DNA of 64,000 nt from Minisyncoccota bacterium (GCA_018061035.1 JAGOUX010000001.1:6817-70816); one strand, 5' to 3'; numbered from the stretch's first letter, positions 38,113 to 49,300 are shown. Notes: generated by a model from the letters alone, not told the origin. Translations and numbers: made by a program.

Positions 38113-38802
38113 CTAAGACACAATTACAGTAAATTCCCCTCTTTGCTTTTCAGTATTTTTTACAAAATATTCGAGAACTTCGGCAGGAGTGCCAGTTTTA
38201 AATTCCTCATATATTTTTGTAAGTTCACGGGCAACACACACCTTCTTCTCTGGGCAAAATTTTATTAACGATTCCAAAGTTTTTAAAATTCTGTGGGGAG
38301 ATTCATAAAACACCATTGTCCGCTCTGATGATGCTATTTCTTTAAATAATGTTTCTCTACCCTTTTTGTGCGGTAAAAATCCAAGAAAAGTAAATTCATG
38401 AGTCGGAAGTCCTGAAGCCGAAAGCGCGGTGATCACAGCAGAAGCTCCAGGTATAGGCACCACCTCCACATTTGTAAAGGACTGTCCTTTACAAAATTTT
38501 TCTTTTATTTGTGAGACAAGCATGGCCCCTGGGTCAGATATGCCTGGCGTGCCTGCGTCTGAAACCAATGCCAAATCTTTACCTTCCTCAAGCATTTCAA
38601 AAATTTTATCTGTCTTGGACAACTTACTCTGCGCGTGGTAGCTCATAGTAGGCTTGCTGATAGCGTATTTATTTAAAAGATTTTTAGTTGTACGGGTGTC
38701 TTCGCAGAGTATTAGATCCACACTTTTAAGCGTTTCAATTGCCCGAAGAGTGATATCTCCCATATTGCCTATTGGTGTCGCTATTACATAAAATTTAGAC
38801 AT
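38113..38802 (-). CDS. rsmI: 16S rRNA 2'-O-methyltransferase RsmI-like (tetrapyrrole-methylase fold)
   Basis: N-terminus LYVIATPIGNMGDITLRAIETL; carries the same in-frame palindromic insert as dus. Confidence 0.8.
   Translation of the reverse strand: MSKFYVIATPIGNMGDITLRAIETLKSVDLILCEDTRTTKNLLNKYAISKPTMSYHAQSKLSKTDKIFEMLEEGKDLALVSDAGTPGISDPGAMLVSQIKEKFCKGQSFTNVEVVPIPGASAVITALSASGLPTHEFTFLGFLPHKKGRETLFKEIASSERTMVFYESPHRILKTLESLIKFCPEKKVCVARELTKIYEEFKTGTPAEVLEYFVKNTEKQRGEFTVIVS
38471..38494. repeat. Same 24-bp palindrome inside the rsmI CDS
   Basis: Identical sequence; encodes CKGQSFTN on the minus strand. Confidence 0.85.
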
Positions 38803-38907
38803 AGAAATAATATAGCATATAAATTATTAAAGGGGCCGCAACATACAGTCGCGACCCCTTCGAGATGATCCTCGAGTTTATTTTGTTTGCCCTCGTGGCA
38901 ATAGTGT

Positions 38908-39420
38908 TCAGCGCGGCCTGGAGAGCCAGAGATGAGGCACCAGCTCTTGGAGAGCCTCAGCTTGGGCCTCAGTGAGACCTACAGCCAGCACGGTGCCGAG
39001 CGCCGTCGTCATCAGTTTGGTCTCAGCGAAGGGGTCGCCATCCTGCATCAACCGCCTCCGGTTGAAGGCCGCCACGATGCGTGACGACTCCTCGTTATTC
39101 AGGCAAGGCGTCGTAGAGCTCATGGTGCAGGCCCCGACCAACAACGTCTCCTTTTTATCCGCAAACATCGCGTGGATGAACCAGGCATCCCCACCAGCAT
39201 TTATCTTTGTGACGTCTGTGCCGTACCTGGCCTTCGTCGGCTCGGGCAACAGCAATAGCGCAACGCAAAATGCTGCGCCAACACCACCGACAATCAATGT
39301 AGTGACCGCCAGCCACCACGCGAGGATCTGAGACTGTCCACCCGCCAGCCACTTGATTGAATCCGCCACACAAAAAGTGCAAACAAGCACCACCAACACT
39401 AACACGATCTTTCTGAACAT
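38908..39420 (-). CDS. Hypothetical two-TM membrane protein (GC-rich island B)
   Basis: GC-rich codon usage; likely start at MFRKIVLVLVV; GC hairpin terminator downstream at ~38831-38858. Confidence 0.4.
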   Translation of the reverse strand: MFRKIVLVLVVLVCTFCVADSIKWLAGGQSQILAWWLAVTTLIVGGVGAAFCVALLLLPEPTKARYGTDVTKINAGGDAWFIHAMFADKKETLLVGACTMSSTTPCLNNEESSRIVAAFNRRRLMQDGDPFAETKLMTTALGTVLAVGLTEAQAEALQELVPHLWLSRPR

Positions 39421-39598
39421 TTTTCCCCCTTGAGTTAATATACGATCCAAGATAAAGCACTAAAAATTCAAATATATTAAATTCTTAATGCTTTATCCAA
39501 GATTTTTTATTTTAAATGAGCAAAACATTATACTCTTGTAGTATAGCATAAATTATAGCAAAAGTCAATATTATTGTATTTAAAATAAAACTAATACA

Positions 39599-39629
39599 GG
39601 TCGGAGGAGAATGGTTTTCTCCGCCGACC
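39599..39629 (-). terminator. Rho-independent terminator for the island-B gene 39640..40272
   Basis: 13-bp stem GGTCGGAGGAGAA/TTCTCCGCCGACC, then a U-rich tract on the minus strand. Confidence 0.6.
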
Positions 39630-39639
39630 TGCTGTGTGA

Positions 39640-40272
39640 TTACAAGTGATTTTCAATCCGCAGGGCGGATTTGAAGAACCGGATCTTGTCATGCCGGTTC
39701 TTGGAATTGCAGCCCGCCTGGTACGCCAGGATGGCGTCCTTCTTGCGGACTACTCGCGCATCGGCCTCCAAGTTGGCCACCCGTCGATCTCCCTGCACCG
39801 GCATCGACGAAGCAGGTTCCGGATCAACACCCTTCCGCTGGAGTGACTCGAGAAGGCCGCGGTGCGACTTCTTGTGCTTCTCGGCCGAGCCGTTGTCCTC
39901 GAAGGCGACGAACCACTTCTTGAGTTCGTACAGGTTCCGGCACGCATCGAACCCAAGACGGAGTGCTCGACGTTCGTCCTCCGGCAGGTCGCGCTTGGCC
40001 AAGATCCGCTCGAACCTTGTACGAAACTTTTCCCGTCGTTCGAACGCCACGCGATTCTTCTTAAGGCCCGCGAGACAGGTGTTCACGAAATCGATGGCCT
40101 CCGTGATCACTTCGGGTTTTTTGTCCCCGAGAACCTCGGCGTACTCTGAATAATCCAGAGCCTGCCTAGCCGCTGAAGCCAACGCCGTTTTCAGGATGTT
40201 CATCCTGAGATTGGCGTCGACTTCCCCCCGCAGCCTGTCTGCCTGTGTCAAAAGCTCACTACGTTTCGACAT
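39640..40272 (-). CDS. Hypothetical charged/helical protein (GC-rich island B)
   Basis: 210-aa ORF with strongly GC-biased third codon positions; the antisense ORFs are Arg/Ser-rich artefacts. Confidence 0.5.
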   Translation of the reverse strand: MSKRSELLTQADRLRGEVDANLRMNILKTALASAARQALDYSEYAEVLGDKKPEVITEAIDFVNTCLAGLKKNRVAFERREKFRTRFERILAKRDLPEDERRALRLGFDACRNLYELKKWFVAFEDNGSAEKHKKSHRGLLESLQRKGVDPEPASSMPVQGDRRVANLEADARVVRKKDAILAYQAGCNSKNRHDKIRFFKSALRIENHL

Positions 40273-40315
40273 CTACCCCCCACTGAAAACTGTCAAACAA
40301 CAAACAACAAACAAC

Positions 40316-40346
40316 AAAAAACTAGTATTATTTATACTAGTTTTTT
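40316..40346 (-). terminator. Palindromic terminator after atpC (end of the atp operon)
   Basis: AAAAAACTAGTAT-TATTT-ATACTAGTTTTTT, perfect 13-bp arms flanked by A/T runs (bidirectional), next to an (AACAA)n simple repeat. Confidence 0.65.
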
Positions 40347-40361
40347 GGAAAAAGTCAATCT

Positions 40362-40808
40362 CTATTTTCTATATTTTCGCACCTTCCACTTGTCGGCAAT
40401 TTTTACACGTGTAAGTGATCGTTCGAGCTCAGACACGAAGTGCTCGTAGTCTACATGCTCTTTGTTTTCCATTAGCTTGTGAAGCTCTTCACTTCTCGCT
40501 ATGGCCTGAGCAATCTTTTCATCTCCAAGCTCGGATACATGTTCCGCGAAATCAGCAAGCACAGCAACCTCTGTCTCCCCGTGTGATCCGTGTTTGACTT
40601 CGAGAAATCCGCCAACAATAGCCATAGGTACATGCTCGCCATTTACTACAGCCACAACATCTCCAGATCCAAGAGCGGAAATAAGACCGATATGCTCAGG
40701 CAAGATAGTTATCTCCCCTTCTGTGGTAGGCAAAGAAACCTGATCCACATTTTCTTCGAGAATCAGTTTCTCTGGTGTCACTATCTTTAATTTTATTTGT
40801 TTTGACAT
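40362..40808 (-). CDS. atpC: ATP synthase F1 epsilon subunit
   Basis: Position and sequence in the atp operon. Confidence 0.8.
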   Translation of the reverse strand: MSKQIKLKIVTPEKLILEENVDQVSLPTTEGEITILPEHIGLISALGSGDVVAVVNGEHVPMAIVGGFLEVKHGSHGETEVAVLADFAEHVSELGDEKIAQAIARSEELHKLMENKEHVDYEHFVSELERSLTRVKIADKWKVRKYRK

Positions 40809-40851
40809 AATTTTGAAAAAATTTCAGATTCGAAATTTTTAAAGACCTGAA

Positions 40852-42249
<1,398 letters not shown>

Positions 42250-42276
42250 TTAAACTTAATACTTTCGACTTTATAA

Positions 42277-43182
42277 CTATCCTATGCTTGCCATGCCGGC
42301 GCTGATCTCTGATATTTCTCTGGTAATGTTCGACTGTCTGGCTTTGTTAAATACTAATGTAAGATCATCTATCATTTCTCCCGAAGCTTCTGATGCGTTC
42401 TTCATGGCCATCATTCTACTCGATTGCTCTGAAGCGTTTGATTCAAGGAGCATCTGGTAGATCTGCATTCGAGTGAGCTTCTCTGCAAGTGACTCAATAA
42501 GCTCATCCATATTTCCTTCAAACAAATATGGCGATTCTCCTGTCGGTGTTAAGTCAATTTTCTGATTTTCATTTTTTGCCGTATGGACTATTTCTGTCAT
42601 GTCATCCTTTGATATAGGCAAGAGTTTTCTAATTTTCGGCTTCTGAGTTAATGCTGATATAAAATCTGTATATGCCACATACACTTCCTTATATTTTTCA
42701 CTTTTAAATTCATTTATTAAAAGAGTTGATAGTGGTGCAACATCTGATAGTCGAAGCACCGCTGGTAGATCTGTGAAGGCAGCGAGTACATTTTGTTTTA
42801 CTCGGCGCATTGCCTCATCCCCCTTTTTGCCAACTGAAACAATATCTACCATCGCTGGATCTGCTTGGATCTTTAGCATACTAAGCACCTTTTTAATTAT
42901 CTGAGAATTGTATCCGCCACACAGTGAACCATTCGAAGTGATAAGCACTATAAGAGTGCGTCCTTCTGTTCGATCTACGAAGAATGGGTGGGTTATCTCT
43001 TCGAGTTTATTTGAAAGTGAAGTAAGCAATTCCCATGAATAGCCGGAATAAAGGCGAGAAGAAGTAGCCTGAGCGACAGCTCGGCGCATCTTAGAAGCAG
43101 CCACCAATTCCATTGCTTTGGTGATCTTCTTGGTGTTCTTCACACTTTTTATTCTTCTTTTTATTTCCTTTGTTCCAGCCAT
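42277..43182 (-). CDS. atpG: ATP synthase F1 gamma subunit
   Basis: Position between alpha and beta; gamma-like termini. Confidence 0.85.
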   Translation of the reverse strand: MAGTKEIKRRIKSVKNTKKITKAMELVAASKMRRAVAQATSSRLYSGYSWELLTSLSNKLEEITHPFFVDRTEGRTLIVLITSNGSLCGGYNSQIIKKVLSMLKIQADPAMVDIVSVGKKGDEAMRRVKQNVLAAFTDLPAVLRLSDVAPLSTLLINEFKSEKYKEVYVAYTDFISALTQKPKIRKLLPISKDDMTEIVHTAKNENQKIDLTPTGESPYLFEGNMDELIESLAEKLTRMQIYQMLLESNASEQSSRMMAMKNASEASGEMIDDLTLVFNKARQSNITREISEISAGMASIG

Positions 43183-43258
43183 CCCATTATAAATTTTAAT
43201 TAATAATCTTTCATTATTTTATCCTGCCCGTTCAATTTATAACGGGTCAAGTATAATT

Positions 43259-44761
43259 TTATTTACTGAATGATACTTTGAAATCTGCAATCACTTTCTT
43301 GAGCTCTTCTTCGCCTTTGTCAGTCCACATTTTGCTCTCCTTAACTTCCTTGTAGAAAGTCTTAGCATTACGCTCACTGTATTCGATCAATCCTTTCTCG
43401 AATTCCTTGATTCTATCTACAGCGACATCATCCATGTAGCCTTTTACAAGTGCGTAGAAAGTTACCACTTGGTGCTCGGTCTTTACTGGAGAATATTGAG
43501 CCTGCTTTAGGATCTCAACTGATCTCTTTCCTCTTTCAAGAGATTTCTTTGTAGATTCATCAAGATCAGAACCGAACTGAGAGAAAGCTTCGAGCTCTCG
43601 GAACTGCGCAAGGTCGAGCTTCAAAGTACCTGCAACCTTTTTCATAGCCTTAATCTGAGCAGAAGATCCCACACGAGACACAGATGATCCCACGTTCACC
43701 GCAGGGCGAATACCCTTGTAGAAAAGATCTGTTTCAAGGAAAATCTGTCCATCAGTGATAGAAATAACGTTTGTAGGAATGTATGCAGAGATATCACCAG
43801 CCTGAGTTTCAATGATTGGGAAAGCTGTGATAGATCCGCCTCCATACTTCTCATTTCTTCGGCAGGCTCGTTCAAGAAGTCTTGAGTGCAAATAGAAAAC
43901 GTCTCCAGGGTACGCTTCACGGCCTGGTGGTCGGCGAAGAAGAAGAGAAATTTCTCGGTATGCAACCGCGTGCTTGGAAAGATCATCGTATATGATGAGC
44001 ACATCCTTGCCTTGGTCCATAAAATATTCCGCAATAGAAACTCCGGTATACGGTGCGATATAAGAAAGTGGTGCAGCTTCTGATGCTCCAGCTGAAACGA
44101 TAACTGTATAATCCATAGCTCCACCTTCTTCGAGGCGAACTTGAATCTTTCGAAGCTTTGAATCCTTTTGTCCGATAGATACATAGACACAAATCATATT
44201 CTGACCCTTCTGGTTTAGGATGGCATCGATAGCAAGCGCAGTCTTTCCTGTCTGGCGGTCACCGATGATAAGCTCACGCTGCCCGCGACCCACAGGGATA
44301 ATCGCATCGATAGCCTTGATACCAGTAGCAACTGGCTGATCAACTGACTGTCGTGTTACAACACCAGGAGCAACCTTTTCAATAGGATAAGTTTTGTCAG
44401 CTTTTAGAGCACCCTTACCATCGATTGGGGCTCCGAGTGCATTTACCACACGTCCTAAAATAGCATCCGAAACAGGGACTTCGAGAATTCTACCTGTTGC
44501 CTTAACTTCATCTCCTTCGCGGATCTTAGAGAAATCACCGAGAATAATGACACCCACAGTGTCTTCTTCGAGGTTGAGCGCAACACCAGTCTCACCATTT
44601 GGGAACGAGATCATTTCAGATGAACGGATGTCTGTAAGGCCAGAAACCTTTGCGATACCGTCGAATACCTCGATAACCTTGCCTACCTTCTCAACCTTTG
44701 CATCCATTGCAAAGCCTGCGATCTCTTTTTTTAAATTTTCTACAATGTTGTTGCTACTCAT
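43259..44761 (-). CDS. atpA: ATP synthase F1 alpha subunit
   Basis: Walker A GDRQTGKT. Confidence 0.95.
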   Translation of the reverse strand: MSSNNIVENLKKEIAGFAMDAKVEKVGKVIEVFDGIAKVSGLTDIRSSEMISFPNGETGVALNLEEDTVGVIILGDFSKIREGDEVKATGRILEVPVSDAILGRVVNALGAPIDGKGALKADKTYPIEKVAPGVVTRQSVDQPVATGIKAIDAIIPVGRGQRELIIGDRQTGKTALAIDAILNQKGQNMICVYVSIGQKDSKLRKIQVRLEEGGAMDYTVIVSAGASEAAPLSYIAPYTGVSIAEYFMDQGKDVLIIYDDLSKHAVAYREISLLLRRPPGREAYPGDVFYLHSRLLERACRRNEKYGGGSITAFPIIETQAGDISAYIPTNVISITDGQIFLETDLFYKGIRPAVNVGSSVSRVGSSAQIKAMKKVAGTLKLDLAQFRELEAFSQFGSDLDESTKKSLERGKRSVEILKQAQYSPVKTEHQVVTFYALVKGYMDDVAVDRIKEFEKGLIEYSERNAKTFYKEVKESKMWTDKGEEELKKVIADFKVSFSK

Positions 44762-45168
44762 ATGTTTCTTGTTAAATATTCTTGTAATTTCGTAATCTTA
44801 TTCTTCATGGTCAGATCTATCACTTCATCATTTACCTCTATCTTCATTCCTCCAACCAAACTCTCATCTACTTTTTCTTTTAAAATTATATCTTTCGCTC
44901 CGTATCTCTCTTGTATAAAATGTTTGAGGTCATGTATGGTGGTCGGTTCTAATTTCTGTGCGCTCCATACTTGTACCTCCAGCCTACCTTCTTCTTTGTT
45001 GATTATTTTCTCAAGACTCTCTAATATCGCACTAGCCTTGGACATAAGTCGTTTTCGGTCGAGGAACTTCACCACATCCTTAATCCGTGAATCCAAAGAC
45101 GCTCCAGTCTCGCCTTTTGTTGCGAGATATATTGCGTGAGCTATGTCTTTGTTGGTTGTAACTGCCAT
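44758..45168 (-). CDS. atpH: ATP synthase delta (OSCP) subunit
   Basis: Position and size; short form (136 aa). Confidence 0.65.
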   Translation of the reverse strand: MAVTTNKDIAHAIYLATKGETGASLDSRIKDVVKFLDRKRLMSKASAILESLEKIINKEEGRLEVQVWSAQKLEPTTIHDLKHFIQERYGAKDIILKEKVDESLVGGMKIEVNDEVIDLTMKNKITKLQEYLTRNI

Positions 45169-45172
45169 TGTG

Positions 45173-45664
45173 TTATATATTTCCTAATTCTTTGATTATC
45201 TTTGTCTCTACCTCCTTATTTACGCTCTGTCCGAGTAATTTCTCGGCAACAGTCATCGCAAGAGCTACTACTTCCTTCTTCGCCTCTGCTACCATCTTTA
45301 CTTTCTCGGCTTCGAGGGTCTTCTTGCCATTTGAGATGATCGTTGCAACTTCATTCTTTGCTTCCTCTATCATTTCCATTTTCTTTGCTTCAGCTTCTTT
45401 CTTGCCACTCTGGAATATGGTATTGGCTTCATTTTTTGCTTTGCGAAGCACCTCATCGTACTCTGCCTGTGTTTTTGTAAGAATAGCGGAATTTGTCTTC
45501 GCATCATCAATACCTTTTGAGATCTTCTCAGCGCGCTCATTCATGAGCTTCGATAGAGGCTTGAGAGCAAAGATATAGAGCACTACGAAGACCACGCCAA
45601 AGTTGAAAGCTTGAGCAATGATGATCTTCCAGTCTATGTGAAATGTGGAAATGATTGAGTCCAT
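45173..45664 (-). CDS. atpF: ATP synthase Fo b subunit
   Basis: N-terminal TM then long charged helix. Confidence 0.7.
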   Translation of the reverse strand: MDSIISTFHIDWKIIIAQAFNFGVVFVVLYIFALKPLSKLMNERAEKISKGIDDAKTNSAILTKTQAEYDEVLRKAKNEANTIFQSGKKEAEAKKMEMIEEAKNEVATIISNGKKTLEAEKVKMVAEAKKEVVALAMTVAEKLLGQSVNKEVETKIIKELGNI

Positions 45665-45680
45665 GTTTTTTTGATTAAGT

Positions 45681-45756
45681 GTTAGGTGCTAGGAGCTAGT
45701 GGCTAGTAATTCTAGATTTAACTAAAACCTAGTCACTAGAAACCTAGAACCTAGTT
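45681..45756. repeat. CTAG-rich intergenic repeat (copy B)
   Basis: GTGCTAGGAGCTAGTGGCTAGTAATTCTAGA...AACCTAGAACCTAG between atpF and atpE; related to copy A in inverted orientation. Confidence 0.7.
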
Positions 45757-45758
45757 AA

Positions 45759-45983
<225 letters not shown>

Positions 45984-46070
45984 TTATTATTAATATCTTC
46001 TCTTTTCGATTAAGAGCAGATTTCTTTTATACATGAGTTGTATCGCTCGATGTACAAAAGAAATACGCGC

Positions 46071-47009
46071 TTACGCATGCACTACTTTGTGTTCTTCTTC
46101 TTTGTGACCTTCGTGTCCCCCTTCCTCGTGTTCATCATGATCACTTGCTGATATCGTGAAGTAAACCACAAGCAAAATTGAAAAGATCAACGCCTGAATT
46201 ACACCCACCAATATCTCAAGGAACAAGAATGGGATCGGAACCACATAAGCGAAAATCGCTGCCATTGAGGCCAAAAGAACTTCACCTGCAAATACGTTTC
46301 CAAAGAGACGAAATGCCAATGATGCCATCTTTGCGAATTCTCCAATGATTTCGATAATACCAACAAAGAACGTAATTGGAGCAACAATTACAACAGTAGG
46401 ATCCTTGCGGACCTTGGTAAATATGCCTCCAAGTGCCTTCAGATTAACATATTTGTTGAAAGTTTTCCATATGCCGATTGAGATGATACCGAAGACATTT
46501 GCGCCGACAACTGCAGTGACTGCAAGGGCGATAGTAGTATTGATATCAGCTGTTCCTCCACGAAGATACGGAATAAATGCCAAACCATGTTCTCCTTGCT
46601 CAATTAAACCAAAACCACCAAGAGGAACAATTCCCAGCCAATTGTTGATCAATATGAAAAAGAATGCGGAAATAGCTATAGGAAAGATCTGCATTGAAAG
46701 CTTGCGACTATTGGTAACCTGATCACACAATCCCAAAGCGCCTTCCAAGATAATCTCAAATAGGTTCTGAAACTTTCCTGGGACTTCTTTGATTTTGGAT
46801 CGCAAGATAGCAGAAATTATTATTATAATAAGAACCACTACCCATGAGGTGAGAAGAGCGTTGGTGATAGCAAAATGTCCATAATGAGCAACAGGCTCAG
46901 CAAAAAGAGTAACCTCATGTGCTACCTCAGTACTCGCTTCACCATGCTCACCTATAGCTATAGGCAATTCATGTGTTTCTTCTATTGTTGTTACTTCGTG
47001 TCCTTCCAT
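46071..47009 (-). CDS. atpB: ATP synthase Fo a subunit
   Basis: Multi-TM; conserved Arg-containing helix (RLFGNVFAGE). Confidence 0.85.
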   Translation of the reverse strand: MEGHEVTTIEETHELPIAIGEHGEASTEVAHEVTLFAEPVAHYGHFAITNALLTSWVVVLIIIIISAILRSKIKEVPGKFQNLFEIILEGALGLCDQVTNSRKLSMQIFPIAISAFFFILINNWLGIVPLGGFGLIEQGEHGLAFIPYLRGGTADINTTIALAVTAVVGANVFGIISIGIWKTFNKYVNLKALGGIFTKVRKDPTVVIVAPITFFVGIIEIIGEFAKMASLAFRLFGNVFAGEVLLASMAAIFAYVVPIPFLFLEILVGVIQALIFSILLVVYFTISASDHDEHEEGGHEGHKEEEHKVVHA

Positions 47010-47015
47010 AAAAAA

Positions 47016-47327
47016 TTAATTTGTTTCTTTTTTGTTCTTGTCTTCACTAGCAATCTTCTTCATATATCTGGTCACCACTCGCACAATTCCAAATGAAGAA
47101 ATGATGAATGCAAATATTGTAAGTCCTAGGAATATCCATGGTCGCGTATTGAAACGTGAGTCTAGATACTTGCCAGCAATGAGGGCAAAAATTATAGGCC
47201 CCGCTATCCAGCTTGAAACCTCAGTAAATATCTCTACCGCAGGCTCCCACCAAGCAACCTTATTCTCTTGTTTTGGGTTATCTGACACAAAAAACAAAGC
47301 CGAAGTGGCTTTAGTGGAGTATATCAA
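47016..47327 (-). CDS. Small membrane protein upstream of atpB (AtpI/AtpZ-like)
   Basis: 103 aa, two TM segments, position typical of atpI/atpZ. Confidence 0.45.
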   Translation of the reverse strand: MIYSTKATSALFFVSDNPKQENKVAWWEPAVEIFTEVSSWIAGPIIFALIAGKYLDSRFNTRPWIFLGLTIFAFIISSFGIVRVVTRYMKKIASEDKNKKETN

Positions 47328-47368
47328 AAAGAAATTAGTAACGCAAAATATTGATTATATTTAATAAT

Positions 47369-48289
47369 TTATTCAATAATCTCACTAACCTTTTCAGCAA
47401 ACTCGTTAATTAAATCCATTGAATATATTATGCCCAAACTTTCATTTTCATCTGAACTCACCATGGAAGGCACACCAATCATACATCCGTCTTTGTCGGT
47501 AGCCAATCCACCAGAGTTTCCATGACTAATCTTCGCTGAAGTATAAATTAAGCCATCACTAGTGAGACTACTTACTACTCCATCAGTAACTGTCAAAGAA
47601 TATCCTCCGCTTATTGAAGGATAACCAAATACACGGATTGGATCTCCTAGCTTAACATTTGTATTCTCGCATATATATTTCGGGAAAGTTCTTGGATACA
47701 CCCCCATGTAGATTTTCTCCTCATCATCATAGTATGCAGAGTAAATTTGCATAAAAGCAAGATCATACTTATCGCTAATCCCTGAAAGCACAATTGGATG
47801 TGCTAGATAATAGTCTTCCGCTTGTCCAGTAATAGCGTCAGACATAACAACCAAACAACCCTCAGTTCCTACATGCAAATCAGTCTCGTCTTGCGGAATA
47901 ATGTGTGAATTAGTAAGAATAATGCCATCATCTGAAATGATTGTACCTGAACCCCCGCTTGTCTCCTCTTCTGGCATTACGCTTGGACAAAAGATATTTA
48001 CTACAGCAGCAGAATTTTTATTCTGACCATACATATCAACAGTATTTATTTTTTCATTTGAGAGTTGCGCCTCAGAGTTATTATTTGATTCAAAAAAATC
48101 ACCTCCATTAATAATAACTATAAGTATGGTAATACCTAAAATAACTGGCACTATAAATTTAGGATTTTTAAAATATTCGCTCAGTTTAATGCTAAACAAG
48201 CTAGCAAAATTTTGTTTCTTTAAATTACCACAGTGTGTGCAAAATTTGTTTCCTAAAGTTATGCCTTTTCCGCAATTTGTACAGAACAT
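47369..48289 (-). CDS. Zinc-ribbon membrane protein with C-terminal trypsin-like serine-protease domain
   Basis: N-terminal CxxC...CxxC (MFCTNCG...KFCTHCGN), TM helix, then TNSHI and GNSGG motifs of the S1 family. Confidence 0.6.
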   Translation of the reverse strand: MFCTNCGKGITLGNKFCTHCGNLKKQNFASLFSIKLSEYFKNPKFIVPVILGITILIVIINGGDFFESNNNSEAQLSNEKINTVDMYGQNKNSAAVVNIFCPSVMPEEETSGGSGTIISDDGIILTNSHIIPQDETDLHVGTEGCLVVMSDAITGQAEDYYLAHPIVLSGISDKYDLAFMQIYSAYYDDEEKIYMGVYPRTFPKYICENTNVKLGDPIRVFGYPSISGGYSLTVTDGVVSSLTSDGLIYTSAKISHGNSGGLATDKDGCMIGVPSMVSSDENESLGIIYSMDLINEFAEKVSEIIE

Positions 48290-48295
48290 AATAAA

Positions 48296-48679
48296 TTAAT
48301 TTAATTTAACCCAAACATACCTTGCTACATTATTAATTATATAAACAGGAGCAATAAATAGCGAAATCACACCCAACCACCCGATGCACAATGTTGTAAG
48401 TGTATATTTCCAAAAATACTTATCTATACAACTTTTGCAGAAATTACCGCGTATTTCTCTATGATACCGCATAACAATAGCACCTCTATTTTCATAAAAA
48501 ACTACATGCGCTAAAGCCTCATTTTGCCCACAAGCCTCACATAGATTGAAATTGTTTTCGTGGAAAAAACTAGATTCATTTTCTACTTCTGCGTCAACTA
48601 AACCTGCAACATTATTTCCACATTTGCCACAAAACTTAGTATTTTTTTCCAGCATACTTCCACATTTATTACAGTACAT
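48296..48679 (-). CDS. Zinc-ribbon domain membrane protein
   Basis: MYCNKCG...KFCGKCGN plus a second CEACG pair, C-terminal TM; paralogous N-terminus to the 47369..48289 gene. Confidence 0.5.
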   Translation of the reverse strand: MYCNKCGSMLEKNTKFCGKCGNNVAGLVDAEVENESSFFHENNFNLCEACGQNEALAHVVFYENRGAIVMRYHREIRGNFCKSCIDKYFWKYTLTTLCIGWLGVISLFIAPVYIINNVARYVWVKLN

Positions 48680-48776
48680 ATTTGTAGCTTATTAGGTTAG
48701 AATAATAATTACAATTATACAACTCTTTTAACAAAAAACCCACTATTTCAATATATCTTACTGGACAAATTTAATC

Positions 48777-48851
48777 TGGTGAGTGTGGATGGAATCGGAC
48801 CATCGACCTCTGTCTTATCAGGACAGCGTTCTACCACTGAACTACACACTC
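48777..48851 (-). tRNA. tRNA-Ile (anticodon GAU), CCA encoded
   Basis: Hand fold: acceptor GAGUGUG/CACACUC, anticodon loop CUGAUAA, 3' ACCA; T-loop reads UCCGAUU (C at position 55). Confidence 0.7.
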
Positions 48852-48908
48852 AAACTAAACAAACAATAGAGAAAATATAACAGAAAAATTAGATTTAGGC
48901 AAACAAAA

Positions 48909-48935
48909 AATCGCCCCGTAGGGCGACTCCTTGTT
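48909..48935 (-). terminator. Rho-independent terminator after the RRM gene
   Basis: Minus-strand stem UCGCCC-uacg-GGGCGA followed by UUUUUUUGUUUG. Confidence 0.65.
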
Positions 48936-48952
48936 TGAAAGTTTAAATTGAA

Positions 48953-49300
48953 TTAGTACTCTCGGCGTCCACCGCGGCTTGCACCACCGTAACCACCATT
49001 TGAGCCTCCTCCGTATCCACCGCCATTTCCACCTGTTCGTGGAGGACGAGCTTCCATAGGGCGAGCCTCATTTACAGTCAATTTGCGTCCTTCGAATTCC
49101 TGATCGTTGAACATTGAGATCGCCTTTGCAGCCTCATCAGCTGAAGACATTTCAACGAATCCAAATCCCTTAGAACGACCAGACATTTTGTCCATGATAA
49201 TCACAGCTGAGGTAACATTACCTGCCTGTGCAAAAAGATCTCGTAGAGCATCTTCTTGTGTACTGTAAGGTAGTCCCCCTACATATAGCTTTGTAGCCAT
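48953..49300 (-). CDS. RRM-domain RNA-binding protein with Gly-rich tail
   Basis: RNP2 KLYVGGL and RNP1 KGFGFVEM, C-terminal GGNGGGYGGG; start taken at MATKLYV. Confidence 0.75.
   Translation of the reverse strand: MATKLYVGGLPYSTQEDALRDLFAQAGNVTSAVIIMDKMSGRSKGFGFVEMSSADEAAKAISMFNDQEFEGRKLTVNEARPMEARPPRTGGNGGGYGGGSNGGYGGASRGGRREY

Noticed and set aside
40290-40316. (AACAA)n simple repeat as a possible CRISPR-like or regulatory array
   Set aside because: It is only about 4-5 units of a pentamer directly next to the atp terminator palindrome. It is a simple sequence repeat without spacer structure.
39646-40414. Plus-strand ORFs (39671..40153, 39862..40149, 39646..39846, 40196..40414) over GC-rich island B
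   Set aside because: They give Arg/Ser/Pro-rich low-complexity translations typical of the antisense of GC-rich coding DNA. The minus-strand ORFs have coherent GC3 bias and matching start and terminator signals.
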